Shown: positions 25,302-38,581 of the stretch, piece by piece
Layout: every line of letters starts with the position of its first letter
How positions within the stretch are numbered: position 1 is the stretch's first letter
Position numbers and translations under genes: made by a program
Assembly: GCA_951406725.2 (NCBI GenBank)
Contig: OX597819.1
Span: forward strand, 56,854,001-56,918,000
DNA: 64,000 bases
DNA from: Octopus vulgaris
Lineage: Eukaryota
Direction: 5' to 3'
The notes under the pieces: generated by a model
Told to the model about the DNA's origin: nothing
Database searches by the model: none
Seen by the model: only the letters and a program-made list of their open reading frames with translations

Positions 25302-26661
25302 ATCAGTTTTCAATCTATAACCAAATTTGGGGAAGATCTGTATTTTTGGGCGCTGATTCTAAAATGCAGTTTGCAAGAAACATCTACTTCCGATTGACTT
25401 TCGACACGACTCCAACTGGACTAGCTCACATCAACCACGACCTGCGAAAGAAACACTTCCCTCCTCCTTACTAAAAACAACCCGTTTATATGCACAAGTA
25501 TACGCACACACCGGCACGAGAATACACACACAGACAAACACATCCACTTTTTAATCGCACTTCATCACACATGTGTACTGGCACACCTTCATACTTTAGC
25601 AATTTTTGTTTTGATTCGCACTTGTGAATCACACATTTCTCTCAACCCCTTCCTTTTTTTCTTCTGCTTCATTTCTGCTCATTCGTCAATCACTTAACAC
25701 CTATATTACACATAAAAGCACACATTATTCTGCTGCTTGCCTCTCCTTCTGTCAACTCTTCCCTCTGAAATGGTTATTTATTTTTCCTTCCTTCCGCCGG
25801 CCATTGTTCCTACAATGAGTGTATACCAACTTGCCTTCTGTTTCTGTTATTCATTTATTTATATATTTATTTATTTATCGGTTTGTTGCAGCTATGCTAT
25901 CGGGAATGTTTTCCGACTTTTAATATCATATTCAGTTATAGCATGTTCAACGTTTTAAACCCTTTTTGTCTTTGTTTCATGGCATCACGCATGAAGCAAA
26001 ATAAAAAAAAAAAAACAACAGAAGAGCTTTTCCAACCTTAACACGGTTTGTTCATGCACATGCATACGCATAAATAACACCTTTCACAACGCGCACGTCG
26101 TATTACAGCACTGTATGGACATCCATATTCACAAACGCACACGCGCGATCACACATCCTCACATTTAAGCTGACATGCCATCTACCAAAAAACTTAAACT
26201 ACATACACGCCGATGTCCCACACATCCCCTTTAAGCAACTGTATCGTATTTTGACACACAAATCTACGCACACACCGTCCTTCCAACAATACAATTTACA
26301 ACCTCCCAACTTATGCAAAATTCTTTACAGAGAAAGACTATCACATACCCAACCACAGATCCCTCTCTTCCAAAATTTCAAGTAAGAATAGCATTTCCCT
26401 ATTTTCTAATTTTCACCTTCATCTGCCCATTATTTCTTAAAATTATCAGTTTTCAATCTATAACCAAATTTGGGGAAAATCTGTATTTTTGGGCACTGAT
26501 TCTAAAATGCAGTTTGCAAGAAACATCTATTTCCGATTGACTTTCGACACAACTCTAACTGGACTAGCTTATATCAACCACGACCAGCGGAAGAAACACT
26601 TCCCCCACCTTACTAAAGACAACCAGTTTATATGCACTAGTATACGCACATACCGGCACGA
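25302..26661 (+). repeat. Pair of ~218-bp direct repeats (25302-25519, 26445-26661) flanking ~925 bp of non-coding DNA
   Basis: Both copies start ATCAGTTTTCAATCTATAACCAAATTTGGGGAA and end ACGCACA.ACCGGCACGA, about 90% identical by eye. Confidence 0.92.
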
Positions 26662-26820
26662 ATAGTATAAAGCACATCCACCTTCAGATTTCAACTGGTG
26701 CTATCTCGTAGTAGTATTAATCGTACTTCCATATTTGCATTTAGGCTTCTGTGATATTAACTTATTCAAACACACACATACACACACTCACATTTATAAT
26801 ATTATATACATACATATACT

Positions 26821-27024
26821 CTTTTACACTTTTACTTGTTTCAGTCATTTGACTGCGGCCATGCTAGAGCACCGCGTTTAGTCGAAGAACTTATTCTTTT
26901 TAAACCTAGTAGTACTTATTCTATCGGACTCTTTTGCCGAACCGCTAAGGGATGGGGACGTAAACACACCAGCATCGTTGTCAAGAGTTCCTGGGGGACA
27001 AACACAGACACACAAACACACACA

Positions 27025-27080
<56 letters not shown>

Positions 27081-27180
27081 CATACATATATGCATATATA
27101 CGACGAGCTTCATTCAGTTTCCGTCTACCAAATTCACGGAACCCTGTGGCTGGTAAGCTAGCTACATACCACACAGCCTA
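26821..27180 (-). mobile_element. SINE family A (internally deleted)
   Basis: Reverse complement of the 19441 copy. Confidence 0.85.
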
Positions 27181-27366
27181 TATATATGCATGAATATAAA
27201 CACACACATAGACACAAGCATTTATATACAACGGGCATCCTTTAATTTCTGCCTACTAAATCCACTCAAAAATAACCCACCAAAGGTTCCACGCAGTGGG
27301 ACAGAACGCGAGATCATATGGCTTGGAACCAAGCTTTTCTACCACACAGCCATGCGTTCACCTATA

Positions 27367-27402
<36 letters not shown>

Positions 27403-30400
27403 TACGTACACAGACATACTCACACAGAAATATATCATTGCAAACGAATACCCATCAATATACTGGTATATGTTCTTATTTTATACATTTATAGTATTCC
27501 GCAATATGTCGAATATGTCGATGTCTGTTTATTCGATGAGAGTGCTGCATTTAACATAGATGAATGATGAAGGTAAATACAAGAGAAAAATTAACTTAGA
27601 CAAAAAAGGAAATACATACTGTCTAATTCTTACTTCATTTGCTCTGCTATTGTGATTGCGAGAATGTAGAACAACTAAAAAGATATATCTAAAGAATAAT
27701 CTTAATGAAGTTGGGGTTTAGTCTAATTGTTTTTGACCGAGATCTAGTCAGGTTGAAAGAAGAAAAGATAACTAGTTTTGATTTATGATAATATCGAAGT
27801 TGATAAGGTAGACTTGTAATTATTCAAAAGAAAGCAATTTTATTCAAGAGAAGACAATTCTAATTTTCATTCAAATCTAGAGAAAAGAAAGTGATATAAA
27901 AGACTGAGACACAATGAAGGAAGTATGTGTAATGATGTTATCTATAAGGGAAGCATTCGATTTTGATAGGATGTGTATGAACGAATTCAATTCGAAATAG
28001 AAGCGTTTCTACGTGACATAAATACTGTAAGTTAATGTTGCAATAATTATGACAAACTAATGCAAAATGCTAGAAATGCGGTAGGAAGAATAGTCGATAA
28101 TATCGATCTTATTATTTCAGTAGTAGTTATTTTATTGATCGTAAAAGTAGGAAATGAAAATGTTCTGTTGGTACGCCTTGAACTCAGAACATAGTGAATG
28201 TTTCGATCAATTCCCTGCTATTTATGCCCTTAATGTTCATATTTTAACTTTTACATTTTAGAAGTGAGATTTCTATGTAAATCTCTCAATTTTGTTAATT
28301 AAAACTTGATATTTTGATGAAAATGCTATGAATTCTGTATACAAATTATGAAAATATTATTTTATTGCGTGAATTTGAAGCATAATGATTCTATGCGATA
28401 ATTGACGATGTACATTTTACCAGTTCTGAATCTATTTTTTACCAGCTATTGTTAATTTTTTCCACTTGTGATACGACCCTCTACTCGTTACGTAGGTTGG
28501 ATAGAGCTAAGTTGATTACAGGTAGATATTTTTGAATATATTTGCAAGATATCGATCCATAAGTATCGATTTCCTGTCTCAATGCAAGATTTGTGTTTCA
28601 GCAGTCCCTGTAACTTGGAAGCTGCACAACTCCTAACAGAAAGATCATTCGGAGATAAGCCATCATTTCTACCATTCATGTAAAGAAGGTGGTTTTGCCC
28701 TGTTGACACGCACACTTCAAGTCTCATCGGTCATCCTGACAAAACGTATTTCACGAAGAAGTTGTAAATGCTCAACGGGCTTTACTTCTGAGTTCAAAGG
28801 TTTCGTAGGGTGCACAGCTGTAACGGAAGTACCGATGCAATGATCAACTGCGTGATCGCTTCATTCATTCATAAAACAACTTTCTAATGAAGCTCAACGA
28901 ATTTAGATAAAATTCTGGCTAGAATCAATTAGATTGCATGTCTAATCACTCTCTGTGTCTCTCTGTCTCTGAGTCTGTCCGTCTGCTGCATGTCTGTCTG
29001 TCTGTCTGTCTCTCTCTCTTTCGTATTCACCCTCTCTCTCTGCATCTCTCACTGCCTTCTTAATAATTTAACCAAATTCTGTCTAAACATTTTTGAAGTC
29101 CTACCCGCCGTTTTGGTCGCAAATTGAAGCTAAAGAGATATGTTAAGAAATTCTCTGAATAAATAACAAATAGAAAAGCATATGGTGTAAACAGGAAGTC
29201 TTTTGATAGGAAGTTTTCTCTAAAATACGACTAAACGTTTTTTCTCGCACAGAAGAGTGCTTAGTGTCTGATTATCGTATCCAGAAAACGATATTCCTTA
29301 GACTGAGGTAGCATAAATGCAGTTGAGACTAACCATGTCAAAATGCTAGACATGTTGCCGGGAGAATATTTAATTATATCAGTTATATTATTTGAATTTT
29401 TGCTGAGTTATTGATTGTGGAAGGACGAAGGAGAAAGAATCCTTTGGTTCGATGCGAACCCAGGATAAGGAATAATCTAGTCAATGCTCAAGAATATTTG
29501 ACATCTAATACCTTTTCAATCCTATAATAATAATACACTAGAGTCGGCACAATACATAACATTGGGATTTTATCGTTACGAACGCTAAAATTAAGTCTGC
29601 CAACGCTTTACATTAATGATAAATTAACTTTTGGAATACTTTGTGCACCCCCATCTTTCTCTCTCTCTCTCTCTCCCTCTCTCTATCTATTTATATATAT
29701 TTGTCTATTCATCTCTCTATACAAACACATGCATACAATAGGTGATATAAAAATCTATTTAGTATCAGACTAAGATAGTTTCAAACAATGTTCAGTTGTG
29801 GTCACTCGTGATTCTTAATGTGCATTTCGTCTCCGCCTCCACACATTTCCAATTTTTTTTACATCTTCCCCTACCTCTCGGATTCATTCATTAATACCCT
29901 CATCGCTTGAATTCTTTCACTAGCACGCAGGGTATAACTCGTCTTCTGCCTGAGGTTGACATGTGATATCGTGCTCTACACCACTACCAAGACAGCCCTC
30001 ATCGTTTGTTTTTAATGTGTTATTCTCCTTGTCCTGTCTTTGACTGTTTTTGTTTGTATGGTTTTTACTGTCTTGTTTTGTTTTTACTGCCCTGTTCTTG
30101 TTACCACTTTTATCCCTCAGCAAAAAATCCGAAAATTTGATTTAATTTGCTTTGCGGGAAGGACTGTTTCAACGAAGTCGCGTCTTGTCCTTACCTTCCA
30201 AACGTAGAGTTGCTGAAACGAGCACAAGTGAAGAAGGGGAATATTCTTTATGTTGTATGACTTGTACTCTTTCGTTGCTTGAAAAAAAGTCCATTTCCAT
30301 GTTTTATTTTTATGTTTTCGTTTCTCATTATGTTCAAAGTGTTTTTGGTGTCGTGGACCCATATATGCATGTATATATACATATAGATGTAGGTATGTAC

Positions 30401-30497
30401 ATATATGTATGTATATATGCATATGTTTATTTATTATTTTGTTGTTATGTGATCGAACGCCACGCATCCATTTCCAAGTATATATATATATATATAT

Positions 30498-30800
30498 CAC
30501 TGTGATCACCGTGACCGCTCAGGCTATCAGACGTTGCTACACATCGCTGGTCACAATGCGCTTCGCGTTGTTTTAGCCTTCAAATGACGCCACCCCGCTT
30601 GCTAAGCGAGCATGCCAACAAAAGAGTGAGAAAGTTGTGGCGAAAGAGTACAGCAGGGATCGCCACCAACCCCTGCCGGAGCCTTGTGGAGCTTTTAGGT
30701 GTTTTCGCTCAATAAACACTCACAACGACCGTTCTGGGAATTGAAACCGCGATCCTACGACCGCAAGTCTGTTGCCCTAACCACTGGGCCGTTGCGCCTC
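30498..30800 (-). mobile_element. SINE family B with a third tail type
   Basis: Reverse-strand head GGAGGCGCAACGGCCCAGTGGTTAGGGC...GGTTTCAATTCCC. Confidence 0.85.
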
Positions 30801-31198
30801 CACACACATACACACACACATACACACACATATATATATATATATACACACACAAACACACACAAATGTCACTAAATTTGACTAGTGTGTTAGGAAATAC
30901 TTGCATTGTTAGAAATAAGAGTTAAACTGATATATTCTGTAGTTAACGTACAGGGACCATAATCGTCGGAAAAGTGGCGATCGAGATTACTTAGTACGGA
31001 TGCTCTTATTTCTAGCAATGTAGATGTTTTCTTACACCCTACTCACATTTAGGGACATTTGTAATTCACGTTTATGGTGAAACATTGCAAACTGCTGTTG
31101 ATATTAATTTTATATTTACATATCAGTGAATCGCTAATTCATCCAATTATTTGGAGGACGAAAACATAAATTCTAATGGCGAAGCGAGTCCGGAAAGA

Positions 31199-31281
31199 GC
31201 CGAACCGTCGAGCGGTATTAACTGATGAGGCAACGGAGATTGCCGAAACTGATACGTCAGTATTAAGAATTCTTGATCGGC
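31199..31281 (+). ncRNA. Canonical type I hammerhead ribozyme
   Basis: Core CTGATGA at 31222-31228 and GAAA at 31245-31248. Stem II is GGCAA/TTGCC. Stem III is ACTGA/TCAGT with a TACG loop, and the cleavage triplet GTA is at 31260-31262. Stem I is TTAA/TTAA, extended by TCGAG/CTTGA and GCCGA/TCGGC. Confidence 0.88.
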
Positions 31282-31456
31282 ATGTTTTGAACGATTATGA
31301 TCCTTGTTAGTGTATATGTTTTCATTCATGTACGTTAACTACGACATGAGAGCGGTTTAGCACCTATTTATAGTAATGTCAATGTTTCCTAACACCCTAG
31401 TCACACTTAGTCACATTTTTAATTCGCCTTGTCGGTGGAATATTGCAAACTGCTGC

Positions 31457-31499
<43 letters not shown>

Positions 31500-31949
31500 T
31501 GCGTAAGTATGCTTGAGTGGGTGTATGTGTCTGTGCTAGCAAGTTGACAATGGTTACGGTGAAAAGTGACAAACGAAAAGTAGGGAAGTAAGTTGAGTTC
31601 TCCGTTTGTAGAACTAACAATTACTTTATTTTTCTTTGTTCGACATAAATTTGCTATTGAAATAATATGTGCACAATGGCACATAAACCTAACAAAAAAA
31701 TGCAGTTACATCCAGCATGAAATATGTTTAGTATAGTAATAACAAAATCTTCCACCCCATGATTTATGAGGAATAGTGTAGCATGAGTGTAATGTAATCT
31801 CGTTTCGAAACTTAAGTAATATAGGCGAGAGACACGATACCCTTTCATAAGGTCAATCGCTAAGAAAAATTCTGTCTCATCCTGCTAGCGTCCACCTACG
31901 TAAAGCAATAACTCCATGGAGCTTAAATAAAAATGTAAGATACATTTAA

Positions 31950-33450
31950 GGTGTACGCACATATGATATATCTATATGATATCCAAAACACACGATCGCC
32001 ATAAAAGATGCTTGGGAATTATTAGAGAAAAAATGAAAAAGTAAGAAAGATATAAAAAGAAAAACAGAAGTAAAAGTACAGAGGTTTATAGCAAAAAATA
32101 AAATGATCCCAGGAATAAAAAATGGATACATAACTGCAAATAATATAAAGCAACCGATGAGACAGAAAAATAAGTTTCTATAAATCAATGACATCATCAC
32201 AATACAATACAATACATCCGCTGCGAAATTCATATGATAGCAAAAGATATAGAAAGTATACAAAAACAACTAAAAACATAGGAACATAATGATCTGTCAC
32301 AACAATGAAAATAGCCTCGGAAAATACCACACGGGGAGAAAACAAGATATGTCATCCCAATAAAAACAGACAGCATATTAGTTAAGACCACAAATATCCT
32401 CATGAAAACGATACAATGAACACGAATCTACTAAGAGTATTTTTTCGACATCTACCCTTAACAATAAATAGAATAGTAACATATATAACAGCAGATTATT
32501 TAATAAGGAAAAAAAAGGTTATCGGAAATAAAAAGAAGATGCATTCATAACAAAATCAGTTATCATGGATCAACGAAGATTCATGTCAGAGTTACAAATA
32601 AATAAGCATCATCTTTAAGAAAGAATATATGATATATCATGGCTCTATAATAAATTCTATTGAAAGAAACAAAACTAAATATCAACCTGAATACGAACTA
32701 ATCTATTCAGAATCTGTGGTATTATCGGGGGAAATTATGCTCAATCCTAACAGAGTAACAGCTATTTCAAACAAGTTTCCGAAAGGGAAAATATCAAAAA
32801 TCAAGAATGAAAAGAGTGCACGGAAAATATTCTGTGTATAATTTATAAAAGACTTTTCTGTATTTAGTAAAATAGAAAAAAAAGGTGTTTTAATCTGAAG
32901 AATAGAATAAAATTCAAATAATCAGAGAAAAAACTACCATGAATATATGAGAAGCCATCCTAAAAGTGAATAAAATACTTAAGCAAATCATCATAGCAGA
33001 TTCATGACGGATATGACGCTGTGAAATGTGTGAAGGTCTTTATCATGTAGATAAGCATTCCGAAACATTGCAAAAAGGTTTTCTTGAGCATAAGAAAATG
33101 ACTGAAAAGGAAGAGAACATAGAACGATAACGTATAATTCTAGATGAACATAACATGACCGCATTAACATAAGTTTCAAGATATCTGGAGAAAATTTGAA
33201 GCAAGCATATTCTATAAAATCAAGGCTTTCAAATGCAATAATACTATTGTACGATAGATTAATTCTTTATAACCAGCTAAAACAAAACAACGTGAAAAAA
33301 AATCTCCAAGTAACTGAAAAGTCCCCGAATAAATACAGTCTGCAATATATAACATGATTGAATTGCCAAACAGACCAGAAACGACGCCTATTTCGTTAAA
33401 AGAACGACAGAAATGTTGACTCTAAACCGTCCGAGACAAACTACAGTCAT
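31950..33450 (+). mobile_element. Very old A-rich LINE (possibly jockey/I-like) RT relic
   Basis: Strong A-skew with faint motifs KIPHGEKTRYVIPIK (cf. IPxxWKxAxVIPIxK) and FFDI. No open frame remains. Confidence 0.3.
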
Positions 33451-34406
33451 GTTTTATTAAATTATGAAGCAAATTATAAAAAAAATAATATACATAGCTG
33501 ATATTCACAACTAAATATAAACTGGTAGTATGTGTCAAGTATTTTATGTTTTTTTTCATGACCTTTCGTGATCGCAAGAAGTTCTCCTGTCATTAATCTA
33601 ACGATACATCGAGGATGTGAGAGCTAAAGAGGGCACTTGGATGTTAGATCACATAGTCACTATTGGTTTTCAGTTGAACCACGTTTTGCTCAAGAACAAA
33701 ATTCCCTTCAAGGTCCTAAGGTCCTAAGGCTTAACTACTATGTCAAACTATAACAGAAAAAAAAGAGCGAAGGTAAATCGTTCAAGTGATTCAGTTGCCT
33801 TCATTCAGCTTATACTGATACGGGATAAGACGGCAAGCTGGCGGAAACGTTAGCACGCCGGGCAAAATGCTTAGCGGTATTTCGATTGCCGCTACGTTCT
33901 GAGTTCAAATTCCACTGAGGTCGACTTTGCATTTCATCTTTTCGGGGTCGATAAATTAAGTATCAGTTACGCACTAGGGTCGATGTAATCCTCATTAAAA
34001 GTTAAAGGGAAAACCCCCAAAGCACATAACCATTGTTAAGTACTCTAACAGATATATCAGGTTGTTTTCAAAAATCGATTTCACTGCAAACTGAATTTTC
34101 ATGTTCATATAAAAATCTAATCTTAGTGGGCGATGTGTCAACTACCGTTATATATCCTATAATAGATAGCTTGCTTATGTGATGAACGAAAATGCGCGCA
34201 CACACCCAAACACACACACTGATACACACAGACAGACAGATACGCAGACATACACACACAACATTAAAAATGATACAGCGGATCACACCTCTGCTCAGAA
34301 ATTGTTTTCAATTCTTTAGCCCAATTCTAGAAGAAAATGTTTCGTACAGCACCAACCAATAAAATAACATACGTTATATAACACAACGTCTGATATCTCA
34401 CCGCAC

Positions 34407-34738
34407 AAGGTAAAGGGTAAAGACCCCCTTCGGTCGTGAATGACCATGGAATTGCACCTATAATGTTACCCTCCGAAGCACAAGTCCGGGCAAGGTTGTT
34501 TATCGAAGACCAGCAGTCACCCCATTTATACCAGCCTTCCCTCTCCACGTCACAGATGTTATCCACGAGAACAGCAAAGGCTGATACAGCTTGGCACCAG
34601 TGGCGTCGCAACTCATTTCCACGGTTGAAGGAACTGGAGCAACGTGAAGTAATGTGTTATGCTAATGAACACAACACACATCCCGGTCTGGGAATTGAAC
34701 TCTCTACCTCAGGGTTGTGTGCCCGACGCTCTGATCAG
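34407..34738 (-). mobile_element. SINE family C
   Basis: Reverse complement of 21092-21408. Confidence 0.85.
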
Positions 34739-35189
34739 AACCCCGCTGTGTAGATGCTCTACACGAAAACCATACAATAATACAACCCCGCTCATCCTCT
34801 TCAAAAAACGTTAATCTATAAGTTAATATGTCCAAGCACCAACAAAAAGTATTCACTTTTCTGCTCTTGACATCAAAGCTAAAATATTACATAACTGTTG
34901 CAACAAACGAAACATAAGCAATGCCTAAAGAATAACGCAACTCACGAAGGACACACTCTTTTACTCTTTTACTTGTTTCAGTCATTTGACTGCGGCCATG
35001 CTGGAGTAGCGTCTCGCCTATTGCTACTTACCACACAGCGACATATTGAACGTGATAAAGAGAAAACATTAAACAGATAAAACACATCTTTACAATGAAG
35101 CAAAATAGATTAAGCATACAAACAATAATCTGCCCTCTCAAGAAATCATGATACTGGCTATACATTACCTGGGCATATTGGAAGTAAAG

Positions 35190-35346
35190 TGGAGACGGAA
35201 CGGCCCAGTGGTTAGGGCAGCGAACTCGCGGTCGGAGAATCGCGGTTTCGATTCCTAGACCGGGCGTTGTGCGTGTTTATTGAGCAAAAACAACTAAAGC
35301 TCCACGAGGCTCCGGCAGAGGATGGTGGCGACCTCTGTTGTACTCT
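35190..35346 (+). mobile_element. SINE family B, 5' part
   Basis: CGGCCCAGTGGTTAGGGCAGCGAACTCGCGGTCG...GGTTTCGATTCCTAGACCGGGCG. Confidence 0.85.
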
Positions 35347-35349
35347 AAG

Positions 35350-35737
35350 GTTAGACGAACAATTGTTTATAACTATGTTTCTCGCAAGAAGAGGAAACTT
35401 AAATTTCCTACTTGAGCAGAAACTAAGAAATGCTTCGAAGATGTGTGGCCAACATTGCTACACATAGAGAAAGGTAAACAATACGGGAAGATCGCTGCTA
35501 TATGCAGCAGTGAGCAAGAAGCCAGAAGAATGGCTACTATAATTTTCACATCCCAGACTTTTGTAATGATTCTTCATTACATGGGTAAAAGGTTGATTCG
35601 AATTCGAGTCAAGAATATATCGGGTCACCGTGATCAGGCGAGTGTTTTAACCATGCTGGAGGAGTATGGGGAGATTGTGCAGGTGAAGTTCACTCCAAAA
35701 CTCAACAAGACTGGAATTCTTATGGAATTCCAGATAC
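35350..35737 (+). mobile_element. Probable L1/Tx1-type LINE ORF1 fragment (RRM-like)
   Basis: ORF segment ...YMGKRLIRIRVKNI...LTMLEEYGEIVQV resembles ORF1 RRM domains. It is co-oriented with and upstream of the Tx1-type ORF2 fragment. Confidence 0.45.
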
Positions 35738-35739
35738 TA

Positions 35740-36315
35740 TTAGGTCAAGTATGAAATTTGTAGTAAGGTATATGGTAAACTTTGATAGCTGCTCATTTTA
35801 CGCCATTATTATATTTTGACAATCTTTAATATTTTTAGAATGTTGACACATCTTTTCTTTATTCTAACTCATCTGGCGCTTTATAAAGTATTTATAAATC
35901 GTTTTTTTTGCTATTTTTGTTTAGAGGTGGATAAGTCGAAAATTCGTACAGTTTTGAAATATGAGTTCTTTCTTGGAAATACAGTAGACATATCTTAATA
36001 TTAATGGAGTATTTCATTCTAATGTTTTTGCGCAGCCGACAGTACCAAATTGGGTTGTAAAATTTTGTTCTGGTAAGTTTGACCTCGCAAATGAGTAACG
36101 CGGTCGGCTAGAAAAACAAAGGTGGATAATGACGAACTGAAAGCCAGATCCATCTAAAAGTGCCCGTGAATTATTGTTGTTGTTTGGTGTTTAGCAATCA
36201 AACTTTATTGACTCACCTAGTTCAAATCGGTAAAGTAAAAAAGTTGAATAGGTAGGTTCCACATGAACTCAATGAAAATCAGAAACAGCAACGTTTGGAA
36301 GTTTGCATTATGCAC
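35740..36315 (+). mobile_element. Mariner transposase 5' fragment, cecropia-subfamily-like
   Basis: VDKSKIRTVLKYEF...KFCSGKFDLANE*RGR...KVDNDELKA...HLVQIGKVKKLNR*VPHEL. A possible TIR starts TA|TTAGGTC at 35738. Confidence 0.8.
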
Positions 36316-36369
36316 ACACTGACGACGCCACCGTTGTGGTGTAGGACTCTTTCGAATTGGAGACGGTCG

Positions 36370-37775
36370 GATCAATTCTAGAAGACCATGAGTCAGTTGC
36401 AGGGTTAAAGTCAATGCCGACAAGTCGGTGGGCTTGCAACTGGGCACCTTTAGAGGCAGGTTGATGAGTTCAGACCGCGTCATCGGACGCTGGACTGATG
36501 GAAAGTTAAACTGCTCGAGGTGTGGATTGTTCCCGACCTCCAGGTGGATAAAAAGGGGGATGAAGTGTCGAATAGGTTGGCCAGTCTTACCCACAAATGG
36601 GCTGAGAGGAAGCTGTCCTTGAATGATCGGGCAGCGGTGGTGAATGCCTACATCGCCTCTGTTATCCTTTATCATCTGACCGTAGTGCCTTGTCCCAGTT
36701 ATTACTTGATCAAGTTGGGACGCCTTTCAATGGTCAGCCGATCAATCTGCTGTCAACTCCCTTTGAGTGGTCGCTTCGGCATGCCATGGCTTTTCACGCC
36801 CAGACATGTTCTAAGGGTGCGCCACGTGCAACGATTTCTAGAAGGTAAGCGTCTGTGGACTCCGTTTGTGAGGCACGTATTCCCACAACTCATCTCTTTG
36901 ATGGAGCTGCAGTCCTGGGTGAAGGATAGACCAAGTCTGAGCGCCCGGCACTTTGTATGTCGTCAGGCGCTCACTGTCCTCTACCAGTCGGACAATAGGA
37001 TCGGCGGATGTTCCACTTTTGCTATTTAAAGAAGATTAGTGGCGGCAAAGTGTGACGATGTCCTGGGGGAGGACTCTGAACTATTATGGATAATTTCCAG
37101 ATGTCCTTGACTTGGCAGTGCTAACGCGGAGCGCTACAGGTTCGAAATAAACTCTACATGGACGGATGTGGTGTGAGACGCACTTGTCCGAGGTTTGGGT
37201 AGAATGTCGAAACATTTCTGCATGCACTCGTTCAGTGTCCGATAATTGCTGACTTGTGGAGTTATGTCGAACAGCTTCTGTCGCGTGTGGGACGGATCTG
37301 GCTGTCCATAGTGATGACTGATCCTCCTTTAATTGGGCAAGCAAGGCAGTTTTCCTTTGCCTGGTTGCTGAAGCGAAAGAGTTTGTCTTGAGGACGGGGG
37401 TGAAAGAAATGAAGACAGAAACATACATTTTTGTTGAGGCCTTCATCGACTTTTTCCAGTTTCACTTAAAAAGAAATGTGAGGATGGTGATGAAGTGCTG
37501 TCCTCGAGTGAATTTCTGAAAAGCTGGGGGAATTACGAAAATAACAAGAGTAGATGGTGCCACTTTCAGCGTAGACCTGCGAGTCGGAGTAAAGGAGTTG
37601 GAAAATGTATTTGCTCGTAATATTCAGAGTGATCTTGGACGGTGGGGTTTCTGGATCATCTCTAGTGGCCCAGGTCTATCAGGGCCCCACCCACATCTCA
37701 CAAACACCCACACTTTAAGTCTGATTTTGTATTGCCCCCCTTATCCTTCGCACTTGTGGCAAATAAAATAAATTA
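36370..37775 (+). mobile_element. L1/Tx1-clade LINE ORF2 C-terminal half and 3' UTR (pseudogene)
   Basis: PDLQVDK...WAERKLSL..RAAVVNAYIASVILY, a degenerate zinc knuckle CPR....ETFLHALVQCP, and a 3' end TTGTGGCAAATAAAATAAA. Confidence 0.85.
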
Positions 37776-37785
37776 TTATCATTAC

Positions 37786-37821
<36 letters not shown>

Positions 37822-38208
37822 TATTGTTATTACATCGCGGAGGAGCAATTTAATAAGAGAAAAGAGCTTTCTAAATTCCAAATTGAACATGATTACATTT
37901 CATTGTCAAAATATTTGTCGCAGTAGGACGCTGTCACGTGGTCAGTGACACCTCTTCAAATGAATTTAAATCTAAAGCAAATTCCTCAACGTTCTACATA
38001 ATTAGATAGCTACAATGGCGCATCCACAATGTAATTATTTCAATTTCAATACACGATCGCAGATCAGTTATTTTTTGTGGAGATGCACAACTCACAAACT
38101 ATTGTTATAATCAATTCTAAATTCTGATAATATCTATATTATATATATGTGCGTTTGTGTATACATACATACACTCACGTGACCACACACACATATGTAC
38201 ACACACAA

Positions 38209-38239
<31 letters not shown>

Positions 38240-38486
38240 TACAGGCTCTGGGCACAGTTTGCAAGTTTAATATAGAAAATATCTTTAGGGAAAAATTGAA
38301 AATCATTTGATATCTGAAACAGAATAACGTTTTTGAATGTTCATATTCGAAAAGAGTTTCCTGAAATAAATATATATTTATTTCTGAATATAAGCGGTCT
38401 GGATATATTCTGACCACTTATAACAGATAGCATACCTTCAGACATACATTTATCAATATACATGCGTATAAATCTGTGTCTGTCTG

Positions 38487-38581
<95 letters not shown>

